Of a stretch of 64,000 nucleotides of DNA, positions 57,872-64,000 are shown piece after piece. The translations under genes and the position numbers were made by a program. Every line of letters starts with the position of its first letter. The stretch's first letter is position 1. The stretch is from contig JASBUK010000016.1 in assembly GCA_030147925.1 (NCBI GenBank), positions 15,713 to 79,712 on the forward strand, in the 5' to 3' direction. Below the pieces are notes generated by a model. It was not told where the DNA came from and ran no database searches. It saw nothing but the letters and a program-made list of their open reading frames with translations. Origin of the DNA: Trueperaceae bacterium (lineage in GTDB: Bacteria; Deinococcota; Deinococci; Deinococcales; Trueperaceae).

Positions 57872-59014
57872 ATGTCACTACTGAACAAACCCCCTGCGGT
57901 ACTCGCACTCGAAGACGGCACCATTTACTACGGTTACGCCTTTGGCTATCACGGTCAGACCGTCGGTGAGGTGGTTTTTAACACCTCCATGACCGGCTAT
58001 CAGGAGATTCTCACCGACCCCAGCTACAACGGCCAAATTGTCACCATGACTTACCCGCATATCGGCAACTATGGCGTGAGCGTTTATGATATGGAGTCCA
58101 ATAAACCGTTTGCCCGGGGCTTTATCGTGCGGGAGTTTTCCCGCGTGGCCAGCAATTATCGCTCCAATCAGGATTTGCAGAGCTTTATGGAACAGCACAA
58201 CATCGTGGGCATCGAGGGCATTGACACACGTGCTCTGACCCGCCGTTTGCGCGAAGGTGGCGTGGTTAAAGGCGTGATTTATCACGGTAAAACCGATGAG
58301 GCTAAAGAGTCTGAACTGGTGCGCCAGGCTTTAGAACACGAGGATATAGACGGGCGCGATATGACTCCGGAAGTGACCACGCCGCTGCCTTACGCTCGGC
58401 CTACCTTTCAGGAAAACCCCCGTGTGGTGGTCATTGATTTTGGCATCAAGCACTCGATTGTTTATAAGCTCGAGCAATCCGGCGCCGAAGTCATTGTGGT
58501 ACCGGCGCAAACCACTCCAGCGCAAATCATGGCCCTAAATCCCTATGGTTTGGTACTGTCTAACGGCCCAGGTGATCCTGGCGGCCCGCGTTACGCCCAT
58601 GACACCGTCTGGCAACTATTGGGTCTGCTGCCAACCTATGGCATTTGCATGGGACATCAGCTTTTAGGCTTGGCGGTTGGCGGCAAGACTTACAAACTCA
58701 AGCACGGTCATCACGGGGCCAATACCCCGGTTAAAAACCTGATCACCGGCGAAGTGGAAATCACCAGTCAGAACCACAACTACGTGGTGGATATTGACAG
58801 CATCCCCGGCCAGCAGTTTAGGGCGACGCATATCAACTTAAACGACGGCACCCTAGAGGGCATGGCGCATGTGCGCTATCCGGTCTTTAGCGTGCAATAC
58901 CATCCGGAGGCCAGCCCGGGGCCGCATGACGCCAATTATCTGTTCAACCGCTTTATCGAAGAGGTCAACGCCTTTGAAGGGGCTAGTGCTCTGCCCGCTA
59001 TGCGCGGTTTTTAA
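57872..59014 (+). CDS. carA: carbamoyl-phosphate synthase small (glutaminase) subunit
   Basis: 'GICMGHQLL' catalytic Cys and '[13 protein letters not shown]'. Confidence 0.95.
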   Translation: MSLLNKPPAVLALEDGTIYYGYAFGYHGQTVGEVVFNTSMTGYQEILTDPSYNGQIVTMTYPHIGNYGVSVYDMESNKPFARGFIVREFSRVASNYRSNQDLQSFMEQHNIVGIEGIDTRALTRRLREGGVVKGVIYHGKTDEAKESELVRQALEHEDIDGRDMTPEVTTPLPYARPTFQENPRVVVIDFGIKHSIVYKLEQSGAEVIVVPAQTTPAQIMALNPYGLVLSNGPGDPGGPRYAHDTVWQLLGLLPTYGICMGHQLLGLAVGGKTYKLKHGHHGANTPVKNLITGEVEITSQNHNYVVDIDSIPGQQFRATHINLNDGTLEGMAHVRYPVFSVQYHPEASPGPHDANYLFNRFIEEVNAFEGASALPAMRGF

Positions 59015-59442
59015 TTTAATACCCTAACCGGGTCGTTTTTGGCCTTGCGTTCTCTGAGCAGCAGATAAGCGCCTAAACCCAGGGGTCCGGCAAAGAGCGT
59101 TAACAGCAAAAAGATACCCGGATTGATGCCCCAGTATTTGGCGTCGCGAAAGAGCCAGACACCAACAAAAAGGTCAAGGGTGATAAAGTGCGCCCAGGCG
59201 ACCACAAAACCCCAACTGTTGCTGAGGCTTAAACGCAGCGCCTCAAAAGACAGGTCAAGGCCGCCTGCCGAACCAGTAAACAATACCGTCAGCAAAAGCA
59301 GGGTATAGATGCCGCCCAAAACGATATAAGGCCAGTAGGAGAGAACCAGGCGCTGGGTAAACCGCGCTCGGGGAAAGAGCAACATGCTGAGCCAGATAGG
59401 TAAGGGCAGTACGTTTAACAGGGTGAATAATACTTCGGCCAT
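59011..59442 (-). CDS. DUF4281 (ABA4-like) membrane protein
   Basis: 143-aa four-helix protein with N-terminus '[20 protein letters not shown]'. Confidence 0.55.
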   Translation of the reverse strand: MAEVLFTLLNVLPLPIWLSMLLFPRARFTQRLVLSYWPYIVLGGIYTLLLLTVLFTGSAGGLDLSFEALRLSLSNSWGFVVAWAHFITLDLFVGVWLFRDAKYWGINPGIFLLLTLFAGPLGLGAYLLLRERKAKNDPVRVLN

Positions 59443-59706
59443 GGCCTTAGTTTACAGGGGTTTTTTGGTCTAGTAAAAAAGCTTTGGGGATTTTTCTAAA
59501 GAAAATTTTGTGAAAATACTATTCGCGGCAATTTGAAATGGTCTTTGTAAAGGCGATTCTTGATTCAAAAATCAGTCGACCATTCGAACGAATATCCGCT
59601 AAATTCTTTGCTTGTACTGAATCCGATTAGTTCCTTAAGCGTTATGAAACTCGGTTCAATTCTCTTAAGCCTATCGTTCTTGCTACGCTCGGATCCACTC
59701 ACATTA

Positions 59707-59731
59707 AAAAGCCGAAGTTAATTCGGCTTTT
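59707..59731. terminator. symmetrical hairpin in the AT-rich spacer
   Basis: AAAAGCCGAA-gttaa-TTCGGCTTTT, with A/T runs on both sides. Confidence 0.45.
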
Positions 59732-59855
59732 AGACGGAACCGGTATTAGCAGTTCTTTTTGTGTCTCTGTGCTAATACACGAAGGCTTGACAGACTTATC
59801 ATATTTCTTACCCTGATGTCTGTAATTTACCAATTGAATATGATATGGTAATTAT

Positions 59856-60107
59856 ATGGAAGATGCCATAACAACCAGAATTGGTGACAATGGCAGATTT
59901 GTCATTCCCAGTGAAATCAGAAAACAGTTAAAACTACGCGACGGTGACCGAGTCCAGGTGGGTATTCAGGATGGGAAAATCGTTATTTATACGGCAGAGG
60001 CGCTCTTAGCGGAATTTTACGGACTCACTCGCAATGTCAGGTCTGCTGATGTAGATGTTGTGCAAGAGCTTATTGACGAGCGCCGCCAGGAAGCCGCCAG
60101 CGAATGA
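59856..60107 (+). CDS. vapB: AbrB/SpoVT-fold antitoxin
   Basis: 'GRFVIPSEIRKQLKLRDGDRVQV' looped-hinge-helix motif. 4-nt overlap with the downstream PIN gene. Confidence 0.8.
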   Translation: MEDAITTRIGDNGRFVIPSEIRKQLKLRDGDRVQVGIQDGKIVIYTAEALLAEFYGLTRNVRSADVDVVQELIDERRQEAASE

Positions 60108-60487
60108 CGGTATTAGATGCGAGTGCCCTTATCGCCCTCGCCAGACAAGAGGCCGGGGCGTTAGCAGTAGCCCAAAAGCTCGGCTCGAGCCACGTGAGTG
60201 CTGCAAACGCCAGCGAGTTCATTCGGAAACTCGAGCAGTATGGCGATGATGGTGAACGGGCCTTTGAAAAGCTCGAGCAAATTGGCCTGACTTTACACGA
60301 AATAGAACGAGTCGACGCTTATGAAGCAGCGGCAATCTACCGGACCACCAAACCTTTCGGACTCTCTCTAGGCGACAGATTTTGTTTGGCCTTAGCCAGG
60401 CGTACCGGTGCGGAGGTTTACACTGCCGACATAGCTTGGCTAGACGTGGCCGATGAGCTAGGTCTTGAAATTCATGCCATTCGCTAA
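60104..60487 (+). CDS. vapC: PIN-domain toxin
   Basis: 'VLDASALIAL' first acidic motif, and 'TADIAW' near the C-terminus, 127 aa. Confidence 0.8.
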   Translation: MTVLDASALIALARQEAGALAVAQKLGSSHVSAANASEFIRKLEQYGDDGERAFEKLEQIGLTLHEIERVDAYEAAAIYRTTKPFGLSLGDRFCLALARRTGAEVYTADIAWLDVADELGLEIHAIR

Positions 60488-60631
60488 TTAAAGGGTGCTC
60501 GAGCCAAACGTCAAATAATTAAAAAAACAAATCATCTGCTGGGTTCTTAATCTCTGGCTGCAGAACTTAATTTACGGTAAAGTAAGCCGCGTGATGCTTT
60601 TGTGACGCCAAATCCTGCAAACTAATTATCG

Positions 60632-61345
60632 ATGCCGCGCAAGATTTTAGTTATCGAAGACGACCTCGATCTCTCTCACTTAATCAGCCTGCATTTGCGT
60701 GACACCGGCTGTGAAGTGGAAGTGACGCACGATGGCGCCTCGGGTCTTGATTTGGTGCTTAAAGAGGATTTTGACTTAGTTGTGCTTGATTTGATGTTGC
60801 CTAAGCTTGAGGGTTTAGAGGTCTGTCGGCGTTTGCGGGCGGCGGGGAATTACACGCTGGTGCTCATGTTGACAGCCAAATCCAGCGAGCTTGACCGCGT
60901 GTTAGGGCTCGAGCTTGGCGCCGATGATTACTTGAGCAAGCCTTTTAGCATTCGCGAGCTTCAGGCCAGAGTCAAGGCGCTGCTGCGGCGCAAGGAGCAG
61001 CTTGCCTCGCAGCTCAGCCGTAAAAAAGACAGCGGCCCTATAATTAGAGGAAGCTTGCAGATTGACGCCGAGAAACGTTTGGTAACGCTTGCCGGAGAGC
61101 CGGTACACCTTACCGCCAAGGAATTTGATTTGCTTTTGCAGTTTGCCCAGCATCCCGGGCGGGTTTATACCCGTACTCAGCTTTTGGATATGGTTTGGGG
61201 TTATGGCTATGACGGTTTTGAGCACACCGTCAATTCGCATATCAACCGCCTTCGAGCCAAGATTGAGCAGGACCCGGCTCATCCTGAGTACATTCAGACA
61301 GTGTGGAGCGTGGGCTATAAATTTGCCGAGTTTGAGGGGGCATAA
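60632..61345 (+). CDS. OmpR-family response regulator
   Basis: Receiver 'DLVVLDLMLPKLEG' and winged helix 'LTAKEFDLLLQF...VWSVGYKF'. Confidence 0.9.
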   Translation: MPRKILVIEDDLDLSHLISLHLRDTGCEVEVTHDGASGLDLVLKEDFDLVVLDLMLPKLEGLEVCRRLRAAGNYTLVLMLTAKSSELDRVLGLELGADDYLSKPFSIRELQARVKALLRRKEQLASQLSRKKDSGPIIRGSLQIDAEKRLVTLAGEPVHLTAKEFDLLLQFAQHPGRVYTRTQLLDMVWGYGYDGFEHTVNSHINRLRAKIEQDPAHPEYIQTVWSVGYKFAEFEGA

Positions 61346-61348
61346 GCT

Positions 61349-62824
61349 TTGCTAAGGACGTTGCATGGCCGCCTGGCTTTGGTCTTACTGGTCTTGCTGG
61401 TACCTTTGGGCGGGCTCTTTGTCTTATCGACGCTTTATACCGCGCGGCGTTATCATCAGGAGATCAGCCAAAAGGTCAATGCTGATTTGGCCCAACGTTT
61501 GGTGCAAGACAGCAATTTGATGGTTGGCTCGAGCATTGACAGCAGCGCCTTTAACGCCGTGGCCAAAAGCTTGGCGATGATAAGCCCGGGTGTAGAACTT
61601 TATATCTTAGACCCCCAAGGGACGATTTTAGGGGCCTCGGTACCAGCAGAAAAACTAAAGCGGCAAGCTGTCGCGTTAGGACCACTGGAGCGCTTTTTGT
61701 CCGCTGCTGCTAGCTTTCCAATTAGTGGCACCGACCCGCGCAGTCAGCGGCGGCAAAAGGTGTTTTCGGCGTCACCAATACCAGCCCAAGGGTCCATTGA
61801 AGGCTATCTTTATGTGCTCTTGGCCGACGAAGCACAGGATTCCCTATCGCAGATGATCCAAAGCAGTTATGTGCTCAGCTTGAGCATTTGGAGTACCTTG
61901 GCCTTGCTCGGTCTGGTGTTTGTGGCCGGTTGGCTCATCTTTACGCTGCTAACAAGACGTCTTAAGCGACTGGCCCTGGCTATGACCGCCTTTAAGGACA
62001 GTGATTTTTCTGCCCAGGACTTGTTAAAACCGGTTAAGCGACCACCGGGGGACGAGGTGGAAGAGCTCGAGCTGGTCTTTGGTGATATGGCTCAGCGTAT
62101 TTCCCAGCAGCTTGAGGCCATTAAGCAAGCGGATGTCTTGCGCCGAGAACTAATTACCAATGTCTCTCATGATTTGCGCACGCCTTTAGCGGCTTTGCAG
62201 GGCTATCTGGAGACCCTAGAAATTAAAGAGGGCAACCTTAGCCCCCAGCAGCAGCGTGAATATCTGCGTATCGCCAGTCAGCATAGCGTGCGCCTGGGCA
62301 AGCTCATTGCCGAGCTATTTGACTTAGCCCAGCTTGATTCCCGGGCTATAAGCCCCTGCTTAGAGGCTTTTCCCATCGCCGAGCTGGGTCAGGATATTTT
62401 GCAGAAGTTTCAGCTTTCAGCCCAGCGCAAAGGCGTCAGCCTTAAACTGGTAGCACCAGCAAGACTCCCCTTTGTTATGGCGGATATCGGCCTTATCGAA
62501 CGGGTCTTTACCAACCTCATCGACAATGCCATTCGCTACACGCCCAGCGGGGGAGAGGTCTGTCTAAAACTGGCGGTTAGTGGTTCTGAGCTTGTTATCG
62601 AACTGACCGATACTGGTCGGGGTATCGCCCCGGAAGATTTACCCCATATCTTTGACCGTTTTTATCGCGTGGACAAGCACGATCCGCAGGCCTCGGAAGG
62701 CGCAGGCTTAGGCTTGGCCATCAGCAAGCGCATTCTCGAACTTCATGGTTGCTCTATTGAAGCAAAAAGTGAAGCGCAAAAAGGCTCGAGCTTTTGCTTT
62801 AGTTTGCCCATAGCGCAGCCATAA
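61349..62824 (+). CDS. sensor histidine kinase (HAMP-HisKA-HATPase)
   Basis: H-box 'SHDLRTPL', 'DNAIRYTP', 'DTGRGI', 'GAGLGLAI', and two transmembrane segments. Confidence 0.9.
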   Translation: MLRTLHGRLALVLLVLLVPLGGLFVLSTLYTARRYHQEISQKVNADLAQRLVQDSNLMVGSSIDSSAFNAVAKSLAMISPGVELYILDPQGTILGASVPAEKLKRQAVALGPLERFLSAAASFPISGTDPRSQRRQKVFSASPIPAQGSIEGYLYVLLADEAQDSLSQMIQSSYVLSLSIWSTLALLGLVFVAGWLIFTLLTRRLKRLALAMTAFKDSDFSAQDLLKPVKRPPGDEVEELELVFGDMAQRISQQLEAIKQADVLRRELITNVSHDLRTPLAALQGYLETLEIKEGNLSPQQQREYLRIASQHSVRLGKLIAELFDLAQLDSRAISPCLEAFPIAELGQDILQKFQLSAQRKGVSLKLVAPARLPFVMADIGLIERVFTNLIDNAIRYTPSGGEVCLKLAVSGSELVIELTDTGRGIAPEDLPHIFDRFYRVDKHDPQASEGAGLGLAISKRILELHGCSIEAKSEAQKGSSFCFSLPIAQP

Positions 62825-63064
62825 AGCAATAGTTTGTTCAGCACAGTTTTACCACACTCGAAATCGCAGAAGTGCCGGTCAATAAGGCATTTATTGTATA
62901 TTGCCTGCGGTTCGCAAACAGGAGCAATTCTTGGCAAAAAGCAGCTCTGAGAATGCGGTTTGATACCGATTCCCCGCTTTATTTGCTTCGTTACAAAAAG
63001 TTTAACTTTGCGTGACGAGCATGTGAACTCAAATCACTATGCTGCAGGGCGAAAGGGGAAGAAA

Positions 63065-63841
63065 ATGCAAAAAATCTTTAAGTCCGTAGTTTTTTTGTTT
63101 GCCTTGCTTGTGTCCCTGACCGCCTTGGCTCAAGACAGTATGTCTGGCGATATGTCAGACGAGATGACCACCAGCCGCCTTAGCGTAACGATTACCAACT
63201 TAACTTTAGGGCAGGTATTTAGTCCGCCGGTCGTTATAAACCATAGCGCCGACTACCAACTTTTTGAACTGGGCAAACCGGCGCTGCCCGAACTTATACC
63301 TTTAGCCGAAGACGGCATGACTCAGGACTTGCTCACGGTGGCCGAACTCCTACCCGAAATTTACAGCGCCACCGTTGCGGATGCACCGCTAGCCCCAGGA
63401 GAGAGCGTGACACTGACAGTTGAGGTTTCCTCCGAGGCACACTATCTTACCGTAGCGGGCATGCTGGTAAGCACCAATGACGCCTTTTTTGCCTTGCCCG
63501 GCCTACAGATTTTCGCAGGCGACGATATGATGGCTGACGATATGGACGATGGTATGGGTGATAATACCGCAACAGGGGATGACGACATGGGTTCTGATAT
63601 GGACAGCGAAATGTCAGAAGCACCAGAAGTGCTGGTTTATGACGCAGGTTCGGAGTTTAATTCAGAACTTTGCGCCGATATCCCCGGCCCGCCCTGTGGC
63701 AATCCTCAGGTAAGAAACACGGCCAATGCCGAAGGCGCTGTCAGCCTGCATGCCGGTATTCAGGGAAGCGGCGATCTCGACCCGATGAGCTATAACTGGA
63801 GTAATCCGGTGGCGACAATAGTCATTGAGCGTCTGCCCTAA
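63065..63841 (+). CDS. secreted spondin_N-like domain protein
   Basis: Signal peptide 'VVFLFALLVSLTALA', 'LGQVFSPPVV', and an Asp/Met-rich low-complexity insert. ATG 63065 has AAGGGGAAG upstream. Confidence 0.5.
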   Translation: MQKIFKSVVFLFALLVSLTALAQDSMSGDMSDEMTTSRLSVTITNLTLGQVFSPPVVINHSADYQLFELGKPALPELIPLAEDGMTQDLLTVAELLPEIYSATVADAPLAPGESVTLTVEVSSEAHYLTVAGMLVSTNDAFFALPGLQIFAGDDMMADDMDDGMGDNTATGDDDMGSDMDSEMSEAPEVLVYDAGSEFNSELCADIPGPPCGNPQVRNTANAEGAVSLHAGIQGSGDLDPMSYNWSNPVATIVIERLP

Positions 63842-63863
63842 AAACAAACTACAAATGCTTGAT

Positions 63864-63893
63864 AGCTAAGGCGGTTTTATAGCCGCCTTAGCT
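63864..63893 (+). terminator. intrinsic terminator between the spondin-like gene and dtd
   Basis: 11-bp perfect stem AGCTAAGGCGG/CCGCCTTAGCT followed by TTTTT. The dtd stop codon lies inside the right arm. Confidence 0.7.
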
Positions 63894-64000
63894 TTTTGAG
63901 CTTTTTGTCAAAACTGCTGTATCCAGCCAGATGGTTACCGGACCATCGTTTAGCAGGCTCACCTTCATCTCGGCGCCAAAGACACCGGAGGCGACGCTTA
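63888..64000 (-). CDS. dtd: D-aminoacyl-tRNA deacylase, C-terminal fragment (the rest is outside the window)
   Basis: Minus-strand translation '...[33 protein letters not shown]' matches the conserved Dtd C-terminus 'FGA.M.VSL.NDGPVT'. Confidence 0.7.
   Translation of the reverse strand, partial: SVASGVFGAEMKVSLLNDGPVTIWLDTAVLTKSSKS

Noticed and set aside
1-64000. tRNA, rRNA, CRISPR arrays, integrases, transposases and prophage genes.
   Set aside because: I scanned for T-loop-like GGTTCGAATCC-type motifs, regularly spaced direct repeats and recombinase-like ORFs, and found none. A tRNAscan or Infernal run is still advisable.

Overview
This is a densely coding 64-kb chromosomal segment from a bacterium of roughly 55% GC. 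I cannot assign a lineage from the sequence alone. Most genes are housekeeping:
- Carbon and central metabolism: alpha-glucan phosphorylase, pgl, sucCD, carA, and a sucrose-phosphate synthase.
- Amino-acid biosynthesis: ilvD, leuC/leuD/leuB (interleaved with two SAM methyltransferases), and trpBA.
- Envelope and secretion: two signal peptidase I paralogues, rlpA, lgt, and a short glmU-like gene.
- Transport and catabolism: a TctCBA tricarboxylate-type transporter, co-oriented with an aminotransferase, a P-loop protein, an enolase-superfamily enzyme and a quinone oxidoreductase.
- Pili: pilT and a PilF-like pilB with three N-terminal domains.
- Hydrogen metabolism: a complete NAD-reducing hydrogenase operon (hoxEFUYH-hoxW) directly downstream of nifJ (PFOR) and a DHOD-like gene.
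- Regulation and toxin-antitoxin: vapBC and an OmpR/HisKA two-component pair.

I found no rRNA, tRNA, CRISPR array, transposase or integrase.

Three signals stand out:
1. A 1.8-kb low-GC single-gene island (18.9-20.7 kb) encodes an Abi/UG-class (defence-type) reverse transcriptase. It sits between leuB and an aminotransferase, with no space for an ncRNA or a partner gene.
2. The palindromic octamer GCTCGAGC occurs about 60 times by eye (about 1 per kb, where 1-2 are expected). It appears in all three reading frames and in intergenic DNA, but not in the RT island. This resembles a HIP1-like highly iterated palindrome.
3. A family of 65-230-bp intergenic repeats has a purine-rich arm (GTAAAAAGTGG) and a CCACCAC-TACTAC arm. 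I see five clear copies and one weak copy.

A near-consensus promoter, a 13-codon Leu/Val/Ile-rich mini-ORF and a terminator lie upstream of leuC, which suggests a leader-peptide attenuator. All counts and GC values were made by eye and need recomputation.
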